Shown: positions 27,721 to 40,310, counted from the first letter of the whole stretch. The stretch: 63,977 nt of DNA, filler included, from Octopus bimaculoides (GCF_001194135.2; 8 parts of 7 records of this genome joined end to end with filler, not necessarily neighbours in it); one strand, 5' to 3'. The notes: generated from the letters alone by a model not told the origin. Numbers and translations are program-made.

Positions 27721-28022
27721 ATATATGCATATATATTATTTATATTATATATGTATTTATATATATGTGCGTGTGTAAGTTTTTTATTATGTATGATGCA
27801 ATTATATATGTATGTCACTACATATATGATTATACATGAACCTGACGTAAGAGTATATCGTCTGGATCAATATATTCATATACTCATGTCAATATTGGAT
27901 GATGTATATATGTAAAATGTGCATGAGATTATTATCGCTTTTATATGAATATATATATGATATATTACATACATACATATGTATATATAAACATATACGT
28001 TACATATATGTCTGTATATATA

Positions 28023-28645
28023 CAGGGGCTGGAGAAAATGATGGAAACACTTAGCATCATAGTATCATAATTTTGAAATATCTATAAAACCGTCCAAAGC
28101 GTGTTTATTTCCATGTTTTTTTTTTTATTATTATTGTAGCTTAATATGTTTTGCTAAAATTGCTGTTTCTTTTCAGATATCAGAAAAAGGTAAGTAAAAT
28201 TCATTAAAATGACAGATCTGTCAGACTTTCAAAGAAGTGAAATTTTTGCTGTTTGTATGACAGGCGCTAGCGTAATAAAAACAGCCGAAATGTTTGGTGC
28301 ATCAAGAAGTCTCGAATGTAATGACAGCCTTTAAGAAAGAGTGAAAAACCTCCTCGTCGAAGCAAAACTCCGGAAGTAAACCAAGACGTTCATATAGGGA
28401 CCGTCGGACACTTATGCGAATTGCTGAAAAGGATCACAAAAGTACAGCTCCCAAAATTACTGCAGAACTTAATGACCACCTCCTCAAGAACCCACCAATT
28501 TCCACAAAGAACTGTTCGCCGGGAGCTTTACAAAGCCGGATTTCACAGGAGGGCTGCAATCATAAAACCACTACTTTCAAAAACAAATGTTGCAAAGCGC
28601 TTAGAGTGGAGTAAAAACCTACAGAATTGGTCCCAAGAGCTGTTT
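28023..28645 (+). mobile_element. Tc1/mariner transposon 5' part (left end plus transposase DNA-binding region), defective
   Basis: It starts TA|CAGGGG. From ATG 28209 the translation is MTDLSDFQRSEIFAVCMTGASVIKTAEMFGASRS..SKQNSGSKPR..RDRRTLMRIAEKDHKSTAPKITAELNDH..RTVRRELYKAGFHRRAAIIKPLLSKTNVAKRLEWSK, a Tc1 paired-like HTH and linker. It is frameshifted and truncated before the DDE domain. Confidence 0.85.
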
Positions 28646-28686
28646 CGACCCTACACACACACGAACACACACACATAAACACACAC

Positions 28687-28727
<41 letters not shown>

Positions 28728-28789
28728 AAAAATGGTACTTCGTTGATTACGACGGCGAGTATTTCAGTTGATACGATCAACGGAACAGC

Positions 28790-29050
28790 CGATTCGTGAA
28801 ATTTACGTGCAAGTGGCTGAGCACTCTATAGATACGTGTACCCTTAACGTAGTTCTCAGGGAGATTCAGCATGACACAGGGTATAACAGGGATGGCCCTG
28901 TGAAATACAGGTACTACTTATTTTTGCCACCTGAGTGAACTGAAGCAACGTGAAATAAAGCGTCTTCCTCAAGGACACAACGTGTTGCTGGGAATTGAAC
29001 TCATGATTTTACAATCCTGAACCGAATACCCTAAGCACTAAGCTACGCGC
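28790..29050 (-). mobile_element. tRNA-derived SINE family C
   Basis: Minus strand 'gcgcgtagcttagtgcttagggtattcggttc..gagttcaattccc..gtgtccttgaggaagacgctttatttcacgttgcttcagttcactcag'. Confidence 0.75.
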
Positions 29051-29076
29051 TTTAATATACATACACACATACATAA

Positions 29077-29135
<59 letters not shown>

Positions 29136-29711
29136 TATATATATATATATATTATATATTCATATATATGCATATGCATATATATGCATATATATGCATA
29201 TATATGCATATATATATTATACACACAGAGACACACACCATATAAACACATGTACATACATGCATACGCACATATACACACACGTACAAACACCCACGCA
29301 CGCATATTTAGATCGTGGGACATAGATGTGAAGAGTATAATCAAATAATAATGATGATGATCATGATGATGATGATGATGATTCCATAGGTGTTCAAAGG
29401 AATACCTGTTTTACATATACCAATACAGAACTGCAGATGCATTACATGTGACTTGTACATCAAAACTTTACAAGACGATTCGTCTGCCTACATTAAAGAA
29501 AATCTACAGAGAAGTATGAGGTAAGAAAAAGAATACGGTAGCATTATTGTCAGTAAAATTGGTAAATGATCCATCATATGAAGGTGAGCAGACGTAGTGA
29601 GTCTAACGAGCTTTGTCGGTGTGCAATTAACGGATCTTCCAATGTACACAATAGAGCCTTTTTGCCTCTGGTACCACATTATGAAGAAGTATACGAGTGA
29701 ATGTATTATGA

Positions 29712-29747
<36 letters not shown>

Positions 29748-29895
29748 GTGTGTGTGTATGATATGTGGTTGCCTGTATGTCTTGTATGTATTTACACACA
29801 CGCATATATATATATATGTACGTATGTATATATATATATATATATATATATNNNNNNNNNNNNNNNNNNNNNNNNNNNNNNNNNNNNNNNNNNNN

Positions 29896-29907
29896 TTAAT
29901 TAATTAA
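29896..29907. other. Assembly linker TTAATTAATTAA in a 100-bp gap (also 35906, 40230, 48859, 53536, 59158, 61932)
   Basis: The identical 12-mer, which has stops in all six frames, always sits between two runs of 44 N. Confidence 0.95.
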
Positions 29908-29954
29908 NNNNNNNNNNNNNNNNNNNNNNNNNNNNNNNNNNNNNNNNNNNNTTA

Positions 29955-30185
29955 GCATATGCATATATACATACATATATGTACATACCTAGATCTACAT
30001 GTATATATAGATGCATATCCGGGTACAGGACATCAAAAAACGTGGACAAAAAAGGAACGGGAACATAAACAAAGCACAAAAAAAAAACCGGACTTTTTTT
30101 ACGGACAACAGAATGAACACATAGGAAAACAGACGAGCCGTTTATTGAACTTTCCCTTCATCAGCTGCCTCTATTCTAAACTAGG
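29955..30185. repeat. Dispersed repeat, copy 3 of the 975-1200 family
   Basis: 'atatgcatatatacatacatatatgtacatacctagatctacatg..gggtacaggacatcaaaaaacgtggac..tttcccttcatcagctg'. Confidence 0.6.
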
Positions 30186-30509
30186 CGTATATATATATAA
30201 AATACACACACACATTCACACGCATACATGCATTTATTAAACATCTATATTATATATGTATTTGTGCGTGTGTGTGTGTGTGGGGGGGAGTATGCATGTA
30301 AAGAGAAAGAGAGAGAGAGAGAGAGAGAGCGAAAGAGAGAGAGCGAAAGAGAGAGAGAGAGTCAGAGCGAGTTAGGTATACAGCTAAGATGTACATGCAT
30401 GTTTGTGTGTGTTATATCAGTGTCTGTGAACAGAAACTTCTGACGCGAAGGATGATCGCATTTTGCGGAGAAAAACAAAAGTCCATTGGATAAAAGACGA
30501 TATGTGTAC

Positions 30510-30730
30510 ACAAAACATGCAGCGAGCTGGCAGAGACATTCGCACGCCGGGCGAAATGCTTAGAAGTATTCCATCTCTCTTTACGTTCGGAGTTCAAATT
30601 CCGCCGAGGTCGACTTTGCCTTTCATCTTTTCGGGGTCGAGAAATTAAGTACCGGTTGGCGTACTGGGGTCGATCTAATAGACTGGACCCCTCCCCCAAA
30701 ATTGCGGGCCTTGTGCCTAGAGTAACAAAG
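30510..30730 (+). mobile_element. tRNA-derived SINE family B
   Basis: 'gcgagctggcaga..gcacgccgggcgaaatgcttag..gagttcaaattccgccgaggtcgactttgcctttcatc..tactggggtcgat..gggccttgtgcctag'. Confidence 0.85.
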
Positions 30731-33171
30731 AATATATGACCACAAACCCTCTTCCCCTCTTTTTCTATCTATTTAACTATGTATATACATATATATATAT
30801 TCATGTATATATACATACATATATATTCATGCATATATATGTACATATATGTGTGTGTATATATTTATACATATATATATTTACGCATATATATATATGT
30901 GTATATATATATATATATGTTTGTATATGTACATGCATATATAAATATGTATATGTACATATATATATATATANNNNNNNNNNATATGTGTATATATATA
31001 TATATATGTTTGTATATGTACATGCATATATAAATATGTATATGTACATATATATATATATATATATACATATATAATTATATATATATATAGATATGTA
31101 TATTGATAGTCACGTAAAGAAAAAAAACTGATATATATTCATAGGTATATATATTTATATATATATATATGTATGTATATGTATATGTTTTATATATATA
31201 CATACATAATTGCATACATAATATATATATATATGTATACATCCCATATATATACTAGTAGTAGCGTAGCTATAGAGTGTCGCTTACCTGTTTTGCTTAT
31301 GTATCGTTAGAGGTTCACCCTGTCGTCTTCCGTTCAATGAAAAAAACATTCCATGAAATGAAATAATTCAACCTGACCGGGCAACTTAAAAACAGAATTT
31401 ACCTGCTTACTTCTCCCGCTTCTCTAGCTCTCTCCTTTTCTTTCTCTCTCACTTTCTCGTTCAATATTTGGTTTTATTTTGTTGTTTGCGAATATTTCAT
31501 GGCAGTAGCAGCAGCAGCTGAAATAATAGTTCACAGTTGTTGTTCTTGTTGTTCTTGTTTATTGTGTTTAAATTGTTAGGCCTTTAACATACCAAACACA
31601 CACACACATACACACATAAAATGCATATACTGTTATTCTAAACATACGCACGCACTGATCTACACATACTCGCACACACACACACACACGCACACACTAG
31701 AGCATTCATATACTGAAACAGTAATATACACACATACACAGACTGGCACATAAGCATATACCTGCCCGTATAAAAATACATACGCACGCACACACATACA
31801 CACACACATATTCTTGTATTTCGGGATGGTTATTTTCTTTTTTTGCCAAATAAACATGCGCACTATATGCTTGTTCTTCACTCATTTATTACTGTTCTTA
31901 TTCTAACTCGTGTCCATTGTCCGGAAATCTTTCATCACACATCTGTGACCTCCTCAGAGGCACTTTTCGTCCCCAAATACAACAAGATCTGTTTCATCAC
32001 ACGATTTCACATCTTTCAACACAAATTCATAAACACACACACATATATATGTATGTATGTATGTGAGGAAGTTGGTATGTGAAAGCACGTGGTTGGATGT
32101 ATAAAAGATAAAAAAGCGTGAAAAAACTACAGAAGGCTTGTGTTATATGGTTAAAATATATATTTAAATCGTTATGTTAGAAAAATGTTATACAATTGTG
32201 AATATAGTAAAATTGTTTTTGGAGAAATAACCGGTTTCGTATTTTATTTTCAAATTTCTCAAATTTTTTTTTTACCTATATCGTATCNNNNNNNNNNNNN
32301 NNNNNNNNNNNNNNNNNNNNNNNNNNNNNNNNNNNNNNNNNNNNNNNNNNNNNNNNNNNNNNNNNNNNNNNNNNNNNNNNNNNNNNNNNNNNNNNNNNNN
32401 NNNNNNNNNNNNNNNNNNNNNNNNNNNNNNNNNNNNNNNNNNNNNNNNNNNNNNNNNNNNNNNNNNNNNNNNNNNNNNNNNNNNNNNNNNNNNNNNNNNN
32501 NNNNNNNNNNNNNNNNNNNNNNNNNNNNNNNNNNNNNNNNNNNNNNNNNNNNNNNNNNNNNNNNNNNNNNNNNNNTATATATATATATATATATATCTTT
32601 ATATATATATACATATATATATACATGTGTGTATGTGTCTGTGTATAAATGTATTATAAATGTATAGGCATGCTTACTATGGTTATCAACCGGTGTTGCC
32701 TAACGCAAATCCCTGAACTTTGCCCAACCTGTCAAATCTACACACATCACGAGGACTTTATAAAAACAAACAAAACGAATGAAAGTCAGCTATAGCTACA
32801 AATACAGTACTCAGAAACCCATTATGTACGCCTACGTACACATAAACTTATATTTGTCGTGCTGTTTTGTCTAGCCGAGTAATTTATCAAATTTATATTT
32901 ATATAAGAAATTGTTCAGAATATGAAATAAACGATATGTTGTGAAAATAGAAAAGGGTTTTAAACTTTTTTTAGTAGTATTTTTCAGAAGAGGTAAAATG
33001 TCAAGTTTTCTCATTTTAATGAATGCTTCTCTTCCGAAACGTTAGTTTTTCTCTTTCTCCCTGTAACATTATGAATTATTCCTATTACTTTTCCTCGAGG
33101 CTGAATGTCACTGATTTTCTCAATTTTATTATACGTATATGATGTCTTATTATATTATGTATTACTATACA

Positions 33172-33328
33172 TATATGGCTGTGTGGTAAGTAGCTTTCTT
33201 ACAAACCACATAGTTCCGGGTTCAGTCCCACTGCTTGGAACCCTTGGGCTAGTGTCTTCTATTATAGCCTCGGGCCGCCCAAGGCCTTGTGAGTGGATTT
33301 GGTAGACGGAAACTAAAAGAAACCTGTC

Positions 33329-33365
<37 letters not shown>

Positions 33366-33420
33366 CATATGAAGTAAAAGGAGTTCGAGTATAGTAAATA
33401 TTATTAAATAGATAAACTAA

Positions 33421-33451
<31 letters not shown>

Positions 33452-33690
33452 CTTTTGCATCTATATGTATATGTGTCTATATGTTTGTGTATCTGCGTTT
33501 GTTCCCCCAACATCGCTTGACAACCGATGCTGGCGTGTTTATGTCCCCGTAACCTGGCGATTCGGCAAAAGATACCGATAGAATAAGTACTAGGTTTACA
33601 AAGAATAAGTCTTGGGGTCGATTTGTTCGACTAAAGGCGGTGCTCCAGCATGGCCGCTGCCAAATTACTGAAACAAGTAAAAGAATAGAA
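33172..33690 (+). mobile_element. SINE family A, full length
   Basis: Head 'tggctgtgtggtaagtagctttcttacaaaccacatagttccgggttcagtccc'; tail 'gcggtgctccagcatggccgc..actgaaacaagtaaaagaa'. Confidence 0.9.
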
Positions 33691-33740
33691 GAATATATGG
33701 TGTATACATTGAATGTTATCGATTGACATTGAATGTTATC

Positions 33741-33966
33741 GATACTCTCAGATTCCTGTTTTATTAGATGCATATAATCGTTTGTTTTTCTTTCCCGACG
33801 CTGAAGGTCACTGATACTCCCAGATTCCTGTTTTATTAGATGCATATAATCGTTTGCTTTTCTTTCTCGACGCTGAAGGTCACTGATACTCTCAGATTCC
33901 ACTGTTATATTAAACGTATATTATCGTTTCTGGCGTCGCTGAAAGTCAGTGATACCCTTAGATCCC
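33741..33966. repeat. ~72-bp minisatellite, about 3 units
   Basis: The unit 'gatactctcagattcctgttttattagatgcatataatcgtttg..cgacgctgaaggtcact' occurs twice nearly exactly, plus a degenerate third unit. Confidence 0.85.
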
Positions 33967-35110
33967 ATCGTTTTCATGTTAAACACTTCTTACTTTCCCC
34001 CCATCAACAGACTGCTATTTTTATTTTTGTTATTGTTGCTTAATCCCATTTCAACCCCGAGTGAGAAAACTTGTGCTCAAAGGCATTCCATTCGCGACCA
34101 CCCTGTCTTTCCTTATTTACAGGGTACACAACACCACATTATTCTACGTGATTTTCGATTTCAACAGAGGCATATATTCCAGGTGTGCTAGGTGTGCAGT
34201 GCACACCCATCGGAAATTGTAAATTAATTATAAATATTAACCTTACTCATTAATTTAATCACAAACCTTAATAGAAAACTTTTGTTATACCCCTGCCTGG
34301 AATTTGGTAGTATTGGTTGTGGCAGAACCCCCAATACAACAACCACCATACACCACTGAATTATATTAGTGTTTCTATTTAACAAACGGCTTTAGATTCC
34401 CCTTAGATCAACTTAAATGGCTTGACTTTGAATCGAACCCATATCGCTGGAAGCCTTACCACCTTGCCACATGTCGCTTTAATACTGTATTATATGTAAC
34501 ACCACCCACAAAGGAAAAAAAATCTCGCAGAAAGCAAGTGCAATTTATCATTGTTTTATGAAACGGTCGGGTTTTAAACAGAATGCTTAAATCCCTCTAT
34601 CACACACCTGTAATATATTTTAAATATGTACGCCCATCAAAGCAGTTTAAGTGTTTATACTAAAGGAACCAACGTTATAAATCAAACGCACACACATAGA
34701 TATTCACCTTTGATCTAGACAGGTTAATGATATGATGCCTATGCGACTGTGCCAAAACTAAAACATAACATAATGAAAGAGCACTTTATCCATCTAATTA
34801 CTCTTTAAGGTGTCCTGTTAGGAGAGCAGTTTTCTTAGTGGTTAGGATATTGGATCTTTGATTAAGCAATAGAAGTTTATATTGTATCACAGGTGCTAAC
34901 ACGGTGAAGGCGCTGTGCTCACAAACCCTTGCATAGACCCTTTAACTCACATAATTGTATCAGTCCACTTAGCTGTAAATAGATGCTATAAGATAGGGAC
35001 AACTAGGATACTGTGACTAATGGCAACACCTTAAACAGGGTTTATTCCTGGATAATAATCGAGCAAACGAATCCACAATCCCAGCATTCGGTGACACGAT
35101 AGAGCCGATA

Positions 35111-35161
<51 letters not shown>

Positions 35162-35619
35162 CTTTTCTTTTATATGAACAAAGCCTGAAATTTTGAAGGA
35201 TTGGGGCTAGTCAATTACGTCGACCCCAGAAAGGATGAAAGGTAAAGTCGACCTCAATGCCATTTGAACTCAGAACGTAAAGAATTAGTAGTGATGGCAG
35301 TGGTAGGGTGATGGGGGAGGTCTGATGTGGTGATGGTGGTTGAAAGAGACGATGTGGAGGACGTCTGATCATGGAAGAGAATTTTACTGGTTGGCTAGTC
35401 GGTTGGTTGGTTGGTTGGTTGGTTTGTTCCGTAAGACTTTAAACCTGGGAACTGGGATAACTTCCAGAAATCCTTAGTTTGACAACGCCACCAATAGAGA
35501 ATACCGGCTCGAAATATACTTCACAGGTACAGAGACATCGTCGGCCAGGCCTTTCCGTGATCTTGTAGAGCGGCGGAAGGCTTCGCGACACTCTCGTTCA
35601 CTATACAAGCATTGCTCAC

Positions 35620-35700
35620 TTGTGGAGTTTTGTCAAACAGGGACAGCTCCAGTTATAAGCCACGTCATTACGAAGACGGTCCTCCTCTGTCTTAGTTGGC
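35620..35700 (-). CDS. Candidate terminal coding exon B2 of an unrecognised gene
   Basis: Acceptor 'gaactttcag' and donor CAA|GTGAGC. The phase-1 reading is (C)[21 protein letters not shown], with TGA at 35635-35633, 13 nt before the donor. Confidence 0.35.
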
Positions 35701-35734
35701 CTGAAAGTTCATGAATATGTATGTATGTATGTAT

Positions 35735-35767
<33 letters not shown>

Positions 35768-35796
35768 TATATATACATATATATATGTATACATAT

Positions 35797-35861
<65 letters not shown>

Positions 35862-35961
35862 NNNNNNNNNNNNNNNNNNNNNNNNNNNNNNNNNNNNNNN
35901 NNNNNTTAATTAATTAANNNNNNNNNNNNNNNNNNNNNNNNNNNNNNNNNNNNNNNNNNNN

Positions 35962-35997
<36 letters not shown>

Positions 35998-36305
35998 TGT
36001 GTCTGTGTGTGTATACACTTACAGTTGCACACGGTCTCTTTCATTATCTGCAATATCTTCTTCTATCATCGTAATTTGGAATACCGGAACACCGGAACTT
36101 TGCAACATTGCAACATTGGAATATCCAGCAAAAAAAAAAAATCTTTAAAGAAAAGAATAAATCTAATTCGTGGAATAATGGTAGAACAGAGTGGAAATAT
36201 ATCGCAAATGGCATCTTTGTCGTAAATGTGTACCATTACCTTGCTAGTACCATGATGAAGGTTTATCTAGATATACCGTAAGATAACCACGTATATTCAT
36301 CATAC

Positions 36306-36403
36306 ATGAAATGATATGGTATTTTCGAGATGATATCAAGCAAAGCTTATTGAGGACGCGGTTGATGGTAGCATCCCAAGATGCAGGCGAAAATATTAGA
36401 TAT
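36306..36403 (-). CDS. Candidate coding exon B of an unrecognised gene
   Basis: Acceptor 'tttatccctacacag' (phase 2), reading YLIFSPASWDATINRVLNKLCLISSRKYHIIS, and phase-1 donor T|GTATGA. It is homologous to exon A. Confidence 0.45.
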
Positions 36404-36927
36404 CTGTGTAGGGATAAATTGACAGATGATAATCTGGTCAAACTTTTGCACGACGGATTATGAGAGTCATATACATAATTATCGTATAATCTTAGATTAG
36501 ACATCAGACTAGACATCTGCCATATTTGTTAGCTTTTTTGTTGGTTGTTTATTTAAAATTATTATTGCTGTATTTATTTATTGTATATGATCATTTTGTG
36601 AATTATAGCGTCGTTCGGCCCAAAGTTACAACTGCTCTGATGGATGATTGACTGTTACTAGAATGAACAGATGAACAGTGCGCAAAGACAGGTTCTGTAA
36701 CTTGAAGCATCACCACGAATGTTCCCAAAGCACGTTGTTTTTCTTTTACACAGAAGTGATTATATACTTAATTTATACATGGATACACACATACGTGCAT
36801 ACAAACGTGCATACAAACGTGCATATAAACGTGCATCCATACGTGCACTCATACTTACAGCTATACATATATATGTATATATATATGCATATATAAATAT
36901 ATATGTATGTGCGTGTGCGATTGCATA

Positions 36928-36991
36928 TGGCGTAGTGGTTAAGAGCGCGGGCTACTAACACCAAGATTTCGAGTCTGATCCCAGGCAGTGA

Positions 36992-37051
<60 letters not shown>

Positions 37052-37240
37052 CAACAACATCGAAAAATACCTTCGGAATGAGAACCCAGTTTCGAAATTT
37101 CCCAAAGACGCCTGATGAAGGCTGGAGGATATATCAGCCGAAACGTTGTGTTAACAACAAACAAGATGAGGACAAATATCTGTCAAATGTAAATAATGTA
37201 AATAATGTACATAATTCCTCATCTTTTAAATATAGAACTG
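36928..37240 (+). mobile_element. tRNA-headed SINE-like element carrying a hammerhead ribozyme motif
   Basis: It has an A-box 'tggcgtagtgg', an anticodon-arm-like 'gcgggctactaacacc', a degenerate B-box 'gagtctgatccc', an (AAT)n spacer, then the hammerhead and a 'aaatgtaaataatgtaaataatgta' tail. Confidence 0.6.
37107..37152 (+). ncRNA. Minimal type-I hammerhead ribozyme motif HHR1
   Basis: GACGC-CTGATGA-A-GGCTG(gaggatatat)CAGCC-GAAA-CGT-T-GTGTT. Stem I is GACGC/GTGTT (2 G-U pairs), stem II is 5 bp, stem III is the palindrome ACGT, and the cleavage triplet is GUU. Confidence 0.6.
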
Positions 37241-37261
37241 TATTATTGATAAAATAAGTAG

Positions 37262-37989
37262 CAGTTGATGTCCGGCATTATAGTAACTAATAATCAAGTA
37301 GATAAAGAAAGAAACTGCTTCACAGAACAGAAATTCTTGGCCACAAATGTCTCAAAAACCTTAAGCCGTGTCATTCTACTCATCCCCCGGGTGTAGCGAA
37401 ACCATTTAATTTAACAAATGTAAATGATGTTCTAATTGAGGATTGGGGTTAATGTAATTGCCTTATCCTACCTCCGAAATTGCTGGCCTTGTGCCCAAAT
37501 TTGAAATCATTATTTCTACTATAGATCTTATGAGGGTGAATAAGATAAATACGGCTTTTCTTGAGAAATTTTGCTGTCATACAGAATAGCGTAGAACCAT
37601 TTGACTTTTGCGAAAGAAGCGACAGTGTATTTCGCACCAGAATAAACAGAAACACTGAAAGACTATCTTCTTGAAATATTCTAAATATTCTTTCTGGTAA
37701 TCCATAAATTCACTGGCATTCGACGTGAATTCTGTGACACTTGGGGACGATGCCTGAACAGTAATTTGTATTCCAATGCTCTCAATTAGAACTGCATTTA
37801 CATTTGCAAAATTGAAGTGGTTTCACCATACATGAAGGATGAATAGAATAACGCGGCTTCAGATTTCTGTGTTGTGAGATTTTAATTGGGACAGCTGTGT
37901 CTTATTAATTATAAGTTTTTCAGCTCTGTGAGGAATTTTCCTAATACATCTACTTGCTTATTAGTTACTATATTGCCGGACATCAAGTG
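37262..37989. repeat. Diverged long inverted repeat (arms 37262-37440 and 37781-37989)
   Basis: 'gatgtccggcattatagtaactaataatcaagtagat' versus minus-strand 'gatgtccggcaatatagtaactaataagcaagtagat'. The similarity continues to 'aaatgtaaatg..gttctaattgag'. Confidence 0.8.
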
Positions 37990-38439
37990 GTTTTCTAAGA
38001 ATTGAGTTACGGAGTTACTCTAATACCTATGCAGTAAGTAGAGCGTATAAACCGTCCTGACCAGGTGCGACAACAATTTTGTCCTTCAACTAATAAATGA
38101 TTAATTGCGTGTTTCTAAAAGGCATGTGTTTTCCATGCTGCGATTGTTGTAATTAGTTTCATCACACGCTCTTAGATAAGATCATTTCTCACACAAATTC
38201 AACTCCGAAATAATCAATTGACTTCGTAATTTGTTCTTTCCTCGCGAGTTCTGTCGTTCTTGGCAATAAGATTTCTACATGCTATGGGGAGCGAGATTCT
38301 TGGATCGTTTTTACCGACCTAAATGTTTTAAACAATAACAGCTGGGATTTCATTATAAACCAGTAAATATTATTTAAAAGTATACACTTACACATTTATA
38401 TAAACATACATACATACAAACATACATACATAATATATA

Positions 38440-38572
38440 TATACATACATACATATAAAAATACCCTGTTGTCGATGTTGAAACTCCAATGTAGGAGCCT
38501 TGGATCTAGGCTAGAAACTGGTTCTTTCTCTATTGGCAAGAAATCTTGAAATAAACTGAATAATGACCCAGC
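38440..38572 (+). mobile_element. R4/Dong-like element 3' UTR remnant
   Basis: It matches 17925-18025: 'aaaataccctgttgtcgatgttgaa..ccttggatctaggctagaaactgg..ctattggcaagaaatcttgaaataaactgaataat'. Confidence 0.65.
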
Positions 38573-38716
38573 ACTGGGGTCGATTAAATTCGATTCACCT
38601 CCTCCCATGAACTTACAGGCCTTCTGCAGAATAGGAACTTAGATCATAAAACTGAAATAAATGTCGCTAAGGGTTTTCTCTGCTGCGACAATGATTCTGC
38701 CTGGACATCGCCTTGA

Positions 38717-38747
<31 letters not shown>

Positions 38748-40123
38748 AAGACTAGTGATTAGGTTCGTAATATAAAAAATCTAACAATAATACCTATGAT
38801 GTGGATGATGATGATAATGATGATGATGGTGATAATGATTTCTTTTATAATAATAATGATAATGATAACTTTTAATAATGATAGTAATGTATTCTTTTTA
38901 TGCCACGGGAGGAAAGCAACGATTGCCATTCGAATTTGAATGGAATGAAACATAGTTCAGGTTATTTGTATAAATTATCAAACTACAATTGAACATGAAA
39001 TTTAGTCTTGAAAATAAAAACTAAATAATTGAAATACCACATCAAAATAAATAAAACAAAATTCATTTGAATAGAACAAAACTTCATTCGCAAATGTTGT
39101 TCGCATTATTTTTGTTGTCTGAGCTACTAAAACTATCTTCTTCCAGCTGGAAATCTTTATTTATAATGAGACTTTCACAGAGCAGACAGGTCACCCTCAA
39201 ACAATACCTTGCGTTTGATATATCAAATTTAACGCTTCATCAATTTTGTCAATGGCCAATAGAGATCGTATCGTGTTATCACTTATTTGTTAGGAAAAGA
39301 AAAAAAGTTATTTATTTTCTCTATTTTTCCCTTAAATTTTTTTCCATTTCAAATAGATGGCATTATTATTTTTTTTTATCTCTATTTCCAACATTTAATT
39401 TGATGTTGGAGTTAAAAAACAAGAATGCTAAATCGACAGAAACAATAAGTTTCCAGACTAAAAGCTGTATAAATTTAGTAAATTTAGTAAATTTAGTGTT
39501 AACATATTTCAAACCAAAGAGAATTAAAATGTTAACTAAAAATAACATAGCTGCGAGCAAAAGTTAGTTTCACCAGTCTATATTCTTATTAAATTACTGG
39601 TGTGTTAACAATGTTTTATTTCAGTGATATAACGTACTATAGAATAAATATGTCTACAGGTTTTAGGTATTTTTAAAAGCAACACTGTGTGTCACGACTT
39701 ATATAACGTACATTTCATCTTTATAATACGTGTTAGGAAACAAAAAGATGGAAAAGCTGTATGTACGTTACGACAGGTTTTGAAATCTTTGTCTGTTGCT
39801 GCGCATCAACTTTAACTCGCAAAAGAAAAAAAACCTAGAGGTTATTCTTTTCTATTCTAGGCACAAGGACCGAAATTTTGGGGGAGGGGGCCAGTCGATT
39901 AGGTCGATCCCAGTACGTAGCTGGTGCTTAATGGGCATAAGATACAATAAAACAATAAAGAAGACCATTCCGAAATATAACAATCCCTGTTTCAACACAC
40001 GATTTCGCATCAGGAATCTAGTAAAACAAATCGTTAAACGAAATTGTAAACATTCACAATAAAACATCAATCGAGTCGACTTCACCGATCCTGGCCGGTC
40101 TGCAACACCATAGACACACACAC

Positions 40124-40185
<62 letters not shown>

Positions 40186-40310
40186 NNNNNNNNNNNNNNN
40201 NNNNNNNNNNNNNNNNNNNNNNNNNNNNNTTAATTAATTAANNNNNNNNNNNNNNNNNNNNNNNNNNNNNNNNNNNNNNNNNNNNTATTATTATTATTAT
40301 TATTATTATA

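Noticed and set aside
30895-31070. ~75-bp direct duplication around a 10-N gap
   Set aside because: It is most likely unmerged overlapping contig ends in a TA-rich tract.
35500-35700. In-frame TGA as possible selenocysteine, and NWSCPCL as a Mia40/CHCHD4-like motif in another frame
   Set aside because: There is no selenoprotein-like context or visible SECIS, and the twin CX9C motif of Mia40 does not follow.
39067-39567. 166-aa plus ORF and a signal-peptide-like minus ORF
   Set aside because: Low-complexity AT-rich composition, no splice donor and no domain. It is possibly decayed hAT sequence but cannot be supported.
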